Of a stretch of DNA of 64,000 nt, positions 40,950-51,957 are shown in pieces (the first letter of the stretch is position 1; each line of letters starts with the position of its first letter). The stretch comes from Octopus sinensis (lineage: Eukaryota). Position numbers and translations under genes: made by a program. The notes beneath the pieces were generated by a model, which did not search any database, was not told the DNA's origin, and saw only the letters and a list, made by a program, of their open reading frames with translations. The stretch spans positions 74,462,001 through 74,526,000 of the forward strand of contig NC_043004.1 of the NCBI RefSeq assembly GCF_006345805.1, given 5' to 3'.

Positions 40950-43367
40950 TTGTGTCTGTGTTTGTCCTACCCTCCCACTGCTTGACAACCGTTGTTGGTG
41001 TGTTTATGTCCCATAACTTAGCAGTTTGGCAAAAGCAGACTGCTGGAATATGTAGCAGGCTTTAAAAAAATGTACTGGGGTCAATTTATTCAACTGAAAG
41101 TTCTTTAAGGCATTGCTCCAGTATGGCCGCAGTCTAATGACTGAAACAATAAAAGATCATTAAAATTATCTCTGCCTTAGGAAATGGTAATGAAAACCGA
41201 CCATACTGGAGCACGGGAGATAATTTCAAGAGTTCAAATGTCCACAGTTGAGATACCTGTTCTATTTCTTTACTACCCACAAGGGGCTAAACACGAGAGG
41301 ACAAACAAGGACAGACAACCGGATTAAGTCGATTATATCGACACCAGTGCATAAATGGTACTTAATTTATCGACCCCGAAAGGATGAAAGGCAAAGTCGA
41401 CCTTGGCGGAATTTGAACTCAGAACGAATTGGCAGATGAAATACCGCTAAGCATTTCACCAGGCATGCTAATGATTCTGCCAGCTCGCTGCCTTAGACAT
41501 ACCATTAAGGAAAAGGACAAGCTTATTGTCCAGAGATGAAAGGACAGACATGGACTATCATGTGATTTTCTCCCTCTCTTTTAAGTGGAGCTGGTCTTCA
41601 TTGCTGTTTGGTAACTATTAAACATCTTCTAGGAGCAGCGATGATTTTAAGAAACCAAGAATTTATCCTGCATGGCATTTGACATACCCGTAGTGGTTTA
41701 TGTAGTGTGAAGGCACATGGCTTCAGGGTTGGGATATTTAAATCCTGATCATAAGTTCGATTCCTGGCAATGCCTTATGCCCTTGAGCAAGACACTTCAT
41801 TTCATGTTACTCCAGTCCACTCTGCTGGTAAAAATGAGTTGCACCTTTATTTGAAAGGGACCAGCCTTGTCACATTCTGTGTTACACTGAATCTCCCTGA
41901 GAACTACAACAAAGGTGCACGTGTCTGTGGAGTACTCAGCCACTTACATATATTTTACAAGCAGGCTGTTCCATTGATCAGATCAACCGGAATACTAATC
42001 GTTGTAACCAATGAATTGCCAGTTTTATTTGTCTATGTTGTTCAAATACATGGAACTGGTCACTTTGAGTTAGCTCCCTTAGATTATTTCTATTTAAATT
42101 ATCTGAAGAGCGAGTCCGGGTGGTATCCAAAAGATCGGAAAAGGCTACTTGGATGGCCTCCATGACAATGCGTAAACAATTTAGTAAAGCAATTTCGGTC
42201 AAAGTGAAAAAGAACAATGTCATCAAGACAGAACTGGAAGCGCATTGTGACCAGTGGTGTCTAACAGCGCCTGATAGTCTGGTTGATATTGTGATACCGT
42301 AAAGAGCCAGTATGGAGAGAAAGTGCAAGAAGAAGGCTGACAGGAAGGTAGCACTAGATTAGTGTAGAGAGGATCCTGATTGGGTCTGTGAAAGAAAGAA
42401 CGGCAGGGAAAGAACTGCTTGGATATGCAAACTAACTGGCACTCCACTGGTGATGGCAACAAAGGCTCCAGTTAACCAAGTCAACAGATCATAGGCCGAA
42501 TACACAAACCACGAAGGCACGGCTTGAATATGAGAGAAGTAAATTCAAATGGAATCTAATGGCTTGATTGTTCATCTTTGAAGAAAAGTGGGAATGGTGA
42601 AGGGGAAGGCATATGGCCAAGTTGTTTGTGTGCTGTCTTCTGGGCTGCAAGATTGTGGCTTTGATTCCTAGAACTGTTGGTGTGTTGGGTTCTTGAGCAA
42701 AGCACTTTATTTCTTGTTGCTTCTGTGCACCCAGCTGAAAATGTGTAACCTTGCAACGACAGACCGGCACCCCATTGCGGTGGATGGGACTGCTATGGCC
42801 TTGGTCACCCACACGCCATGGGAATTGGGCAACTGGTCCTATAAGCCCTAGAATTCAAGATGGTACTCATCACCACCACCACCACCATGACCATCATCAA
42901 CAAGAACAACAACGCTGTCGGGAAATAAACAAAATGCCAATGTAAAAGTGTGTTCTTGAATGGCCAAAATTATTCTCCCATGGCATAACTGTCCTGGTCC
43001 CACATTGAAGTTATTTGCTAAATAAGCACAACTAGACATTGCCACAAATTGCTTTCTATAACTGGGCAAGAGCTGATGATCAACACATTGAAAGCCTCAT
43101 TGATTTTAGAGTAATTCTGAGGGTGAGGGGCAACAGGTGAATAACAAAACCAAACTTACAAAGGTGATGAGTATTTTCATCTGAACCATCTCCACAATTA
43201 TCTCTTCCATTGCAGACTCGCCATATTGGAATGCATAATAAATTGTTGCAGCGGAATTTTCTCTCTTTTTTTGAACACTCAATTTGAAGGCATACCTCGC
43301 GTGTTTCATCTGATTTATCACCGCAGTCATCGTCACTGTCACACATCCATTGTTTAGGAATGCAGAC
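18304..43367 (-). CDS. LRP2: LRP2/megalin orthologue, C-terminal 14 exons (LDLa repeats, EGF, EGF-Ca, YWTD propeller, two EGF, TM, tail)
   Basis: Exon phases chain correctly with GT-AG sites. Domain order and the tail (FSNPMF; [12 protein letters not shown] vs vertebrate TEDTFKDTANLV) match megalin. Confidence 0.9.
19747..19879 (-). CDS. LRP2: LRP2 exon, juxtamembrane tail
   Basis: 133 bp, phase 2-0; [44 protein letters not shown]. Confidence 0.85.
22023..22109 (-). CDS. LRP2: LRP2 transmembrane exon (apparent 1-bp deletion)
   Basis: [16 protein letters not shown](A)/[12 protein letters not shown]; 87 bp where the flanking phases need 88. Confidence 0.85.
22687..22758. repeat. Fold-back palindrome, related to 23375-23484
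   Basis: Arms ATAACTTATAAAATAAGGGCAAAA..; both palindromes are followed by the same CCTTTAAAGGTATTTTTTAATATG..ATCCTACATT tail. Confidence 0.8.
23259..23324 (-). CDS. LRP2: LRP2 exon (end of last EGF)
   Basis: 66 bp, phase 1-1; [22 protein letters not shown]. Confidence 0.82.
23375..23484. repeat. Fold-back palindrome
   Basis: Near-perfect arms centred on ATATGCCGGCATAT. Confidence 0.85.
24989..25087 (-). CDS. LRP2: LRP2 exon (last EGF)
   Basis: 99 bp, phase 1-1; [33 protein letters not shown]. Confidence 0.88.
25318..26192. repeat. ~22-26-bp minisatellite (core GCTGGTGCCAC) with higher-order period, attached to a SINE
   Basis: More than 30 units. The ATGAGAAGTGTCAAT variant recurs at 25733, 25885 and 26037 (152-bp period). 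The SINE body follows at ~26200. Confidence 0.92.
26653..26704 (-). ncRNA. Type I hammerhead ribozyme motif
   Basis: GAGCTTC-CTGATGA-TTCtcttGAAT-GAA-ACAG ttctagtc CTGT-A-GAAGCTC: 7-bp stem I, full stem III, UA site. Confidence 0.75.
26708..26759 (+). ncRNA. Degenerate hammerhead copy, inverted partner of 26653-26704
   Basis: GAGCTTC-CTGATTA..GAAActttctagtcCTGTA-GAAGCTC; core G8 and stem III are mutated. Confidence 0.6.
26987..27060. repeat. Fold-back palindrome
   Basis: GCGAGAAAGAAGCAACAAGAATGGATAGGTTTT and its exact reverse complement. Confidence 0.88.
27590..27666 (-). mobile_element. tRNA-derived SINE head
   Basis: GGAGGCGCAATGGCCTAGTGGTTAGG..GGTTTCGATTCC; the same head starts at ~44245 and is cut by the gap. 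Confidence 0.7.
28080..28214. repeat. Fold-back palindrome
   Basis: ~60-bp arms TATAACATTTT..AAGGCTGTGTAGATTTTAGAA and the reverse complement. Confidence 0.85.
28976..29101 (-). CDS. LRP2: LRP2 exon (post-propeller EGF)
   Basis: 126 bp, phase 1-1; [42 protein letters not shown]. Confidence 0.92.
29730..29904 (-). CDS. LRP2: LRP2 exon (end of YWTD propeller; apparent 1-bp insertion)
   Basis: [32 protein letters not shown]..; 175 bp where the phases need 174. Confidence 0.88.
30553..30775 (-). CDS. LRP2: LRP2 exon (YWTD propeller; apparent 1-bp deletion)
   Basis: [11 protein letters not shown] / [33 protein letters not shown]; 223 bp where the phases need 224. Confidence 0.88.
32530..33255 (-). 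mobile_element. RTE LINE 3' fragment containing an 18-bp tandem array (~32715-32960)
   Basis: [15 protein letters not shown] is RTE C-terminus-like. The unit TACATCTGGTGCCTCTTG is repeated about 13 times. Confidence 0.75.
33692..33820 (-). CDS. LRP2: LRP2 exon (YWTD)
   Basis: 129 bp, phase 2-2; [43 protein letters not shown]. Confidence 0.92.
35494..35680. repeat. ~40-bp tandem repeat (CATGAGGCCCAACAC..)
   Basis: Five diverged units, next to an RTE-like remnant. Confidence 0.7.
36746..37022 (-). CDS. LRP2: LRP2 exon (start of YWTD propeller)
   Basis: 277 bp, phase 1-2; ..[27 protein letters not shown]. Confidence 0.92.
37066..37268. mobile_element. piggyBac-like MITE
   Basis: TTAA TSD on both sides; TIR CCCTTTAGCATT / AATGCTAAAGGG. 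Confidence 0.85.
37724..37855 (-). CDS. LRP2: LRP2 exon (calcium-binding EGF)
   Basis: 132 bp, phase 1-1; [32 protein letters not shown]. Confidence 0.93.
38533..38673 (-). CDS. LRP2: LRP2 exon (EGF)
   Basis: 141 bp, phase 1-1; [40 protein letters not shown]. Confidence 0.92.
39535..39660 (-). CDS. LRP2: LRP2 exon (LDLa repeat)
   Basis: 126 bp, phase 1-1; [35 protein letters not shown]. Confidence 0.93.
40519..40898. mobile_element. Tc1-like MITE
   Basis: TIRs CACT..CGTCAGAAATTAATTAGCAC, inserted in a (TA)n tract. Confidence 0.82.
43160..43367 (-). CDS. LRP2: LRP2 exon (LDLa repeats)
   Basis: 208 bp, phase 0-1; [48 protein letters not shown]. Confidence 0.94.
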
Positions 43368-43533
43368 CTTATTGAGGAAATGAAAGCATATAACACAGAC
43401 ATAAATACATACATATCTATATATGAATGAATATATATATAGGGAGAGTTTATGGAATAAACACAAAAGACGAAGACGGGTGGTGTACAAAACAAACAGA
43501 TGTATTAGTATAACGCTCAGGAATAGAAAAAGT

Positions 43534-43569
43534 CTTTTATGTTTTGAGCCTACGCTCTTCTACAGAAAG
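43534..43569 (-). ncRNA. Degenerate minimal hammerhead motif
   Basis: CTTT-CTGTAGA-aGAGCgtagGCTC-AAAACATA-AAAG; consistent with CpG decay of CGAAACGTA. Confidence 0.45.
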
Positions 43570-43704
43570 GGACACAGAAAACAAGGAGAGAAAGAAGGAG
43601 AGAAAAAAAAGGAGTTATATATGTATGTATGTATGAAAGAAAAAAGAGAAAATGGAGACTGGGAAGTTAATAATTGTTTATTATCAACAGCAAATTAATC
43701 ATCA

Positions 43705-43789
43705 TCCCTACAGCTGTTTCAATTAATACTCAGTAAATTTAAGTAAATATTAAATTCATATAATCTGAGAATAATGTCTTCAGAGGGGA
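43705..43789 (-). ncRNA. Type I hammerhead motif with long stem II
   Basis: TCCCCT-CTGAAGA-(ATTATTCTCAG..CTGAGTATTAAT)-GAA-ACAGCTGT-A-GGGA. Confidence 0.6.
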
Positions 43790-44184
43790 AAAATATACCC
43801 TTGGATGTTTTATATGCATTTATGGATTCATTATAGCAGACCATATGTTTTTTACATATACCTACTATTTCAAAGAAATTTATTCCCCCCAAGTACTAGG
43901 TATTGAATCAGTATTTCCTTGGATGAAACCATCCTTTCATGAGGTTAACACAACTTCCAATCGAATGCATATATATTTATAAATACATACATACATATAT
44001 ATTTATAAATACACACATATATATACATAAATACAGACAATATATATTTGTATATATACATATATATATACATATATATATATATATACATATATATATA
44101 CATACACACACATATATACACATATACATACACATATATATATATATACATACATATACATCTATATCTATCTATACATACACA

Positions 44185-44242
<58 letters not shown>

Positions 44243-44266
44243 GTGGAGGCACAATGACCCAGTGGT

Positions 44267-44366
44267 NNNNNNNNNNNNNNNNNNNNNNNNNNNNNNNNNN
44301 NNNNNNNNNNNNNNNNNNNNNNNNNNNNNNNNNNNNNNNNNNNNNNNNNNNNNNNNNNNNNNNNNN
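44267..44366. other. Scaffold gap (100 N)
   Basis: Run of exactly 100 N. Confidence 0.99.
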
Positions 44367-47300
44367 CTCTTCTCCCCGTCTGTATTGATAGACAATGGGT
44401 TGCGCCAAGTGTGGGGCCTACTTTGGATGTGCTGCGTCTGCTGTGACTGAAACAGTCCAATTCTAGAGTGGCAGTCTCTGGTACAGTTGCTGCACACGAC
44501 ATCGATGGGTTACGTGTGGGGTGTTGCTGCAGTTGTCCTCCTCTGTCCCGCGTGTCCGACCACGGCTGTGCTCTCCCTTTCCTCAGGCCATGGAAACGCC
44601 TTTTCTCACTGTCCGACGCCAGCATAGAGCGGTCAGCAGCTGTTACCTCCCACGTGTCCACACAGATGGTGCAGTCCTCAGGTGCGCTTGCACACATCCC
44701 TGTATCGTAGCTGTGGACGTCCCTTGGGTCGGGATCCCGTGGTGAGTTCGCTGTACGATGTCTTAGGCATGCGACCGTTCTGCATGCGGCAGACGTGTCC
44801 GAGCCAGCGCAGTCGTCTCTGCACGAGGAGGGCATGCATGCTTGGCATATTAGTCTGTTCCAGGATGACTCCGTTTGGTACTGGGTCCTTCCAGGAGATG
44901 CCAAGGATCCGTCGAAGACACCGCATGTGAAGCCGCTGAGGCGCATTCCTGCCGGGGTGTATGTTGTCAGCTCTCGCTGCCGTAGAGTAGGGTGCTCCAG
45001 CACGCAGGCTCGGTAAACTGCGATTTGGTGGTTATTGTGAGCATGTTGTTTTCCCACACTCTCCTGGAGAGCTTAGCCATGGCAAGCGCAGCCCTCCCAA
45101 TCCGTCTGTTCAGCTCCGGCTCGAGGGACAGGCTGCTGGAGACCGTCGATCCCAGGTAAGTGAAACTCGTTCACCACCTGCAAGCTGTGGTCGCCGACAC
45201 TGATGCTGGGGACCCCTCCGACGTCCCGGCCCATGATCTCTGTCTTTTTCAGGCCGATGGTAAGGCCGAAACTCTTGGCAGGCATCCGCCAGGAGCTGAA
45301 CAGCCTCTGGAGACCCGGGGTTGTGTGATGTTAGGGCGGCATCGTCAGCAAAGAGGATCTCTTGATCAGCACTGACGGACTTTGGTCTTAGCTCTGAGGC
45401 GCGCAAGATTGAACAACCCACCATCAGCCTGGTGTGGAGGAACACTCCGTCGTCGGGACGTTCTGAAGGGCATAGGACAGGAAGGACAAGGGAGAAGAAA
45501 ATTCCGAAGAGCGTCGGCCGCCAGAACGCAACCCTGTTTCACCTCCACTCTGGATGGCGAACGACTCCGAGGGCAATCCGTCAAACTGCACTGTTCCCTG
45601 CATACCGTCGTGAAAGGAGGTGATGAGTTTCAGCAGTCTGGGAGGGCAACATATCCTACCCAGGAGCGCCAAACAGCCTCTCCCTGCTGACTGAGTCGAA
45701 CGCCTAGCCAGTCGATGAAGGCCACGTATAGGGGCTGTCTCTGTTCTCGACTCTTTTTCTTGAAGCTGCCTGAGTGAGAAGATCATGTCGATTGTAGACT
45801 CTCTGCCCTAAAGCAAGACTGAGTCTCGGGGTACACACGCTCTGCAGCATTTGCAACCTCTTCAGGACCACCCTGGCAAATGCCTTTACCGACAGTGCTG
45901 AGCAGGGATATGCCCTTGTAATTATTACAGTCGCTTCTGTCCCCTTTGTTTTTATACAGTGTGATGATGTTTGCGTCACGCATATCCTTAGGGACAGAGC
46001 CCTCCTCCCAGCACTGACAGAGCAGCCGTGGAGATGGCCTAGAAGGGTGGCTTCCCGCACTGGATGACTTCTGCGGGGATGCCGTCTTGCCCTGGTGCCT
46101 TGCCCGAGCGAGTGAGTCAATGCTTTGCTCAGTTCTTCCTTGTTGGAGGCAGGTCAAGCTCCTCCATGACAGGCAGAGCAGAATGGCCGGCGAGGGCAGA
46201 CCTGGTGACCCACATTCTCAGTGGAGTAGAGGTTCTGGTAATGCCTCGACCCACCTCTCTATCTGCTTCGCTTGGTCCTTGATGACCTCGCCATCCCTGG
46301 ACTTCAGTAAAGCAACCTTGCTGACAGTGGGCCTGAATGCTTTCTTCATCCCTCGTACATCCCTTTCACGTTACCACATGTCAGCACAGCACTGGATGTT
46401 CTGGCATAGGTTCTGCCAGTAGATGTTGGGCGCAACGTCTGGGCCGTCCTCTGGGCGTCACTTCTGGCTGTTCTTAGAGTAGCCAGATTCTTTTCTGATG
46501 GGTCGCGCTTATAGTTGACCAGTGCTTCCCTCTTGGCAGCAATGACAGGCTCCATCTCAGGCAGGTGAGCCTCAACCAGTCTTGATTTCTCCGCTCCCTC
46601 TTTCCTAGGGATGACATGACTATTCTGCAACGTGGTGTCGCGAATAAGCTGCCATCTCTCCTCGAGGACGTGGCTGCGTGATCTTTAAGGGCCTCCTCCA
46701 TGCGGTTGGTGAATTCCGAGCGGAGGTAGGGGTTGGTTGTCCTGGCGGGTGTTGATGCGTGGCGGCTTTCCCTACGGGACGGCGGATTTTCTTTGGGGCC
46801 AATCGGACCCTACTGCACACCAGAGAGTGGTCTGTATCACAGTCAGCACCATGGTAGTGCGTGTGAGAAGCACACTGCCGAGGTGGGCTCGGGGTGATGA
46901 CCATGTCCAGTTGGTGCCAGTGTCCGGACCTTGGGTGCCTCCATGAGACCCGGTGTTGTGGCTTAGTCGTGAAGAATGTGTTGGTAACGCAGAGTTTCCG
47001 GTAAGAGCAAAGCTCCACAGCAGTCTGGCCATTCTCATTCATCTTCCCCACGCCAAAGCGTCCAAGGCAGTCTGGCCATGCCCCATGATCGAATCCCACC
47101 CTTGCGTTGAAGTCGCACCAAAGGAAGATGGGCTCGACCCTGGTTCTGGTTGTGGTGGCGCCGAGCTCCTCATAGACCGGTCTTTTATTTTCTGAGGAGA
47201 GTGGAGTGTTGGGGCATAAGCACTAATTATGTTTACCTTCCCCGTTGATGTTGCAAGGCCAAGAGGAGGATGCGCTCTAGCCTTGAAAGGAGGGATCGCC

Positions 47301-48386
47301 ATGGGGAGCAAGCTGTTCCTCACGGCAAACCCCACGCCATGCTGGGGGCCTCCTCGACGGTCTCCCCTGCCAGTAGAAGTTTGTCGTCCTTCTCCCGTAG
47401 CATGCCGTCTGCGGCGAGCCTGGTCTCTTGCAGCGCCCGCTATGTCGATGTTCAGCCTTTTCAATTCGGTGTTGATGACTGCTGTCTTCCTACTGTCGTT
47501 ATCTGTCGTAGATCGTCAATGATGCCAGGGAACATGGTTCCTGACATTCCAGGTGGCCAGTCGCAAGACTGGAGACTGGGTATTTGTTTTTCCTTTGTTT
47601 GCTGGTGCAGGGTTTTCAGTCTGCTTTTCAGATTTTGTCCTAGCTCCAAGCACCCATTGAAGCGGGCAGTCTGTGGTGGCTTAGCACCATTATTAGCCGG
47701 GGGCTGCCCAGCTTAAGGGGGCGGTAGCTGACCAGTGGGACGTCAATGATCCTCCCACCGTTAGAGACCCGTAGCGCCCGGGATTACGCCAATTCACCCT
47801 GGCTTAAAACTCGTAACTGCCATCTCAGCTTGTTCCATCGATGGAGTAGTTTCTCCATGGCGCAAGCCTGGGCGGTAGGAACGAAGACACTGGGCTGCCC
47901 AGACACCAGAATCTCCCTCTCGGGCCCCCAGACATAATCCAAAGGAATGCAGTGCAGTACGTTGGAGTCTGGTTGGCTGCAGGAGTTGCCGGAAAAGGGT
48001 CGAGATTCGACACCCTACCGCCTTCAGGGCTCCACTCCGGATTTTCTGTCTGGGTTTACTCCCATAGCCTTTCCTCTCCAAGAGCATCCGCAAGGCAGCG
48101 GAGCGAGGGTTTGGAGTCAGAGTTTTCCTTCTCCTAGACTGGCTGTCAACCAAGGCTAACGAGCCCAGTCTGCCCACCCGGTTATACCGCCAAGCACCCG
48201 GTCGCGCCACACAGCAGGCTCAGTGAGGACAGGGGGTACCGCGTGAAGGTGCTGCTGTGGACACAGTAGTGCAGGAGAGGCCATAAGCAAGAACTTTCCA
48301 CAAGGGCCAGCCAGGTAGAAGTTCTGCAGCGATCATTACACCTGGAGAGGAGAGGCTATGAGAGACGCAATCATTTTCCTTTGCCC

Positions 48387-48389
<3 letters not shown>
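44367..48389 (-). mobile_element. Near full-length RTE-clade LINE (5'UTR, APE, RT, C-term) with many frameshifts
   Basis: HGVGFAV, IISAYAPT, GKMNENG, VTNTFF, SWRHPRS..LD, LYKNKGDRSDCNNYKGISLLS, VKQGCVLA, LFADD, RCLRRILGISW, RRLRWLGHV. Confidence 0.94.
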
Positions 48390-48425
<36 letters not shown>

Positions 48426-48531
48426 TATATATATGTATATATATATACAAATTGATATAGGGTTTAATAAAGTATTATATGATAATTGATATTTGATTTA
48501 GATGTATTTCTCCATTTTCTCATCTTGTATA

Positions 48532-49190
48532 TCTCTTATTATAAAAGGCAGATTTTATCTGCCTCCCTTTGGGAGTTATACAAATCTACAATATAGCATT
48601 TCTTCAATTACAATTTACCTAGCATTTTTAAGAGTACAATGCATCGCGTCATGCCAGGTCCAGTTTTTAAAATTTAAACTCCAATTAAGCAAAATTTACA
48701 GAAAAAATCACATTCTGGTGTGTGTGTCAAATGCTTTTCTTAGTCTGGTTTACAGCACACGCAAACGCACACCACACGTGTGCAATGAATAAACTGAAAC
48801 TAATTCACTGTGTGTTGACAGGTAGAAAATAGAATGCGATGGCGATGGCTATGGCGATGGCGATGGCTATGGCGATGGCGATGCTATGGCGATGGCTATG
48901 GCGATGGCGATGGCTATGGCGATGGCGATGTATATTTGTTTCTCTCTATGACGCTCATAAAGCATTGATGTACATGTGTGCGTGCGTGAGTGTGTGGTGT
49001 CATTCCTCACACACACGCATACACATACATATATGAGAGTGGCAAACACAAACGTTTCAAACAAACATACAAACACGTGTGTGTTTGTTATTAGTAAAAA
49101 AAGGCGCCAAATCACAACTCACTATCATTCCAACACATTTGCAAAGACACACGGCCGGTCGATTCGAATAACCACAGAAAAGGTAGTAAA
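48532..49190 (+). mobile_element. Probable non-autonomous Helitron 5' portion with (ATGGCG/ATGGCT)n tract
   Basis: Starts A|TCTCTTATTATAAAAGGCAG like the other Helitron 5' ends here; the 3' end is not clear. Confidence 0.45.
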
Positions 49191-50189
49191 TTGGTTTTAT
49201 TTTACTCTGTATATATTTTATTATTATATATATTATATATAGATATATGTATATATAATTGCACCCAAACCGCCCGAAAAAATGTTGGTTAATGTGACCA
49301 AGCCGCCCGAATTACCTATTCATATTTAAATGAGAATATCAGAGTAAATCTCTTTAGAACATTCGTGAAAACACGTATTATACTTCGTAAACAGTTCAAC
49401 TACAGTTTTGTACAAAAATCGAAGTGTTAATTTAATTCCGTGAATTATGGGAGATTTTTTTCCGAAATTTTGTTCCTATTGTGTTTTCAAAATTTGTAAT
49501 TCTGACAAAAAATGGATACGAATTTCATTATATCAAGCAGCGAGTCAGAATTCGAAGGATTTTCTACTGAAGACCTTCATAAATCTAACTCTATGACTGA
49601 AAAAAAAAAGCATGTGGTATTTGATCTCAACCTAAACAAAGCGAAAGAAACGAGTAGTTTGTTATTTCCCACAACCAATGATAAATGAAATTAAGGCCTA
49701 TTTTGCCATAAATATTATTATGGGTATTAGAAAGTTACCCAGAATAACAAATTCTATCGTAAAATTTGTTGATACCCAATTGAATATTAGCTAATAACCC
49801 ATTTTCTATAGCGATGTTTGAACAAAATTTTAATAATTTTATATATTGTTGAATTACCTGTATCTACCAGCAATTAGAGTCACTTTGTGACAAAAAATTA
49901 AAGTATAGAATTGGTTGAGAACATTTCACTAAATTATCTTCCAAAAATCAGATTAATGTATTCATAAATAAAAAAGTTATAGTTGTTTAATGAAATCAGA
50001 CTAAATTATGATTACGTTAGAAATTAATGAAACACATAAGGGGTGTATTTTGGTCAGAAATATAGTAACGAAAGAGTTAAGAAAAACCAAAAAAATATTT
50101 ATTCTTTTGTAAATGTGGTGTTCAAAATAACATTTTCTTTTAAGAATGTGTATATAACAAAGTATGTGTATATAACTACGTGGCTTATA

Positions 50190-50585
50190 TCTTTATATAT
50201 AAGAGTGAAGTTGTGTGTCTGTCTCCTACGATTTAGATTCGTAACTACTCCCACATTTTGCGGTGTAGTTTAACCAAAAGCGGGTGTATTTATAGTCGTG
50301 ATTCATATCGAGCCCTTCTGGGTATTAGCGCGCGTCTACGATGAGTCTACGATTTAAAAAAAATTTACCATCATATTTTCCATTTTAATGCATATTTTTC
50401 GTTATTATATAAGGGAAGTAACTCTCTAAAAAATATCTACGATTGTCAAATTTGAAAAAAAAATTACCTTAATTTTTTTCAATTTTTAATGCTTTTCTTT
50501 GCTATATTTTTTGGCTATAACTCTCTAAAAATGCTTATATAGTTATTTCCCTTACAACCCGAGCAACGCCGGGCGATACTGCTAG
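50190..50585 (+). mobile_element. Non-autonomous Helitron
   Basis: 5' TC, subterminal hairpin CCCGAGCAACGCCGGG, 3' CTAG; inserted between A and T. Confidence 0.85.
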
Positions 50586-50924
50586 TGTATATAATATTAT
50601 ATATATATATATATATAATATATATATATATATTACAAGTATGTAATATATATTATATGTGTATGTGTGTGTGTATATATAATGTAGTTGTATATATTTA
50701 CAAGATATTTAACAAGATAAAGGTTTTTTTTTTCATGGACTGAAAATTTGCTAGAAAATGAAGGATCGTGGCAAAGTTTGGCTGCTATTTCTAGCATGTA
50801 AAAATTACCTGTTAATGGGCAATTTTCTATTTTGAAATGTATATATATGTGTGTGTGTGTGTGCGTGTGTGTGTTTTTGTGTGTGTGTGTGTGTTTGTGT
50901 GGGTGTGTGCGCGAGCGTGCGCGT

Positions 50925-51137
50925 AACCTGCATCTAATGAATTCCTCCATAGGTTGGTCAGTGGGACAGCAAGTTGGTGTTTACATTCCTTCAGGAGACT
51001 AACGGGGAATCTATCAGGGCCTACGGCAGAGTAGTATTTGACCTCATTTATTGCTGCTACGATGCCAGTGGGAGTGAAGGTTATGTCTGCAATTTTGTGT
51101 TGGGAGGCACTAAAGACAGCAGTATTGTCTTCTGCAA
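50925..51137 (-). mobile_element. CR1/L2 LINE fragment, same family as 62880-64000
   Basis: AAINEVKYYSAVGPDRFPVSLLKECKHQLAVPL is nearly identical to the window end. Confidence 0.85.
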
Positions 51138-51852
51138 TATATAGAGAGAGAGAACATGTATTATACATATAGATATTTATATATAGTATATGTGTGTATG
51201 TTTCGGTGTCCCCAAAACCGCTGGACAACCATGCCGGTGTTTTTTACACTCCATTAACTTATCCGTTCGGGGAAAAGAAGACCAACAGAATTAATACTAG
51301 ACTGACGCAGATAAAAAGTCTTAGTGTCGATTTGCTCTAGAAAAGGCTGTGCTCCTGCATTGGCACAGTGAAATGACTAAACAAGGAAAAGAGTAAAAGT
51401 GTATGCGTTACGTCTGAACATTGTATTGTAGAGTTAATTAGCTTCCATAATACATTATGATGATAGTTGTCATGTAACTAAATGTAAGGGAGGTAACTTT
51501 TGAAGATTTTTAGTTATCTCCCTTTCTTGAGTTACTCCCCTTGAATATGATAATTTAACAATAGCTAATAGTAATCTAATTAGATGTAAGGGAAATAACT
51601 CTGGAAGATTTTAAAGTTATCTTCCTTCGTAGAGTTACTTACCTTGCATATTTAACTAATAATAATATGCAAGGGGGAGTAACTCTAGAAAGGGAAATAA
51701 TTAAAAAAATCTTCCAGAGTTACATCCCTTACATCTAATAAAATTACTTTTACGTATTATTAAGTTATAATATTCAAGGGAAGTAACTCTAGAAAGGGAA
51801 ATAGGTACAAAATTTTCCAGAGTTACTTCCCTTACATGTTATTAGATTACAA

Positions 51853-51957
51853 TTAGGGTTTAGGGTTAGGTTTAGGGTTAAGGTTGGGGTTAGGGTTTAA
51901 GGTTAAGGGTTTAGGGTTAGGGTTAGTGTTTAAGGTTAGGGGTTGGGGTTAAGGGTT
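51853..51957 (+). repeat. Degenerate (TTAGGG)n tract
   Basis: Imperfect TTAGGG/TTTAGGG/TTAAGG units. Confidence 0.8.

Noticed and set aside
43945-45057. 370-aa ORF
   Set aside because: It spans the N gap, an off-frame RTE segment and microsatellite.
48838-48930. MAMAMA/WRWL coding repeat
   Set aside because: Hexanucleotide microsatellite inside a repeat element.
51853-51957. True telomere
   Set aside because: Short, degenerate and internal.
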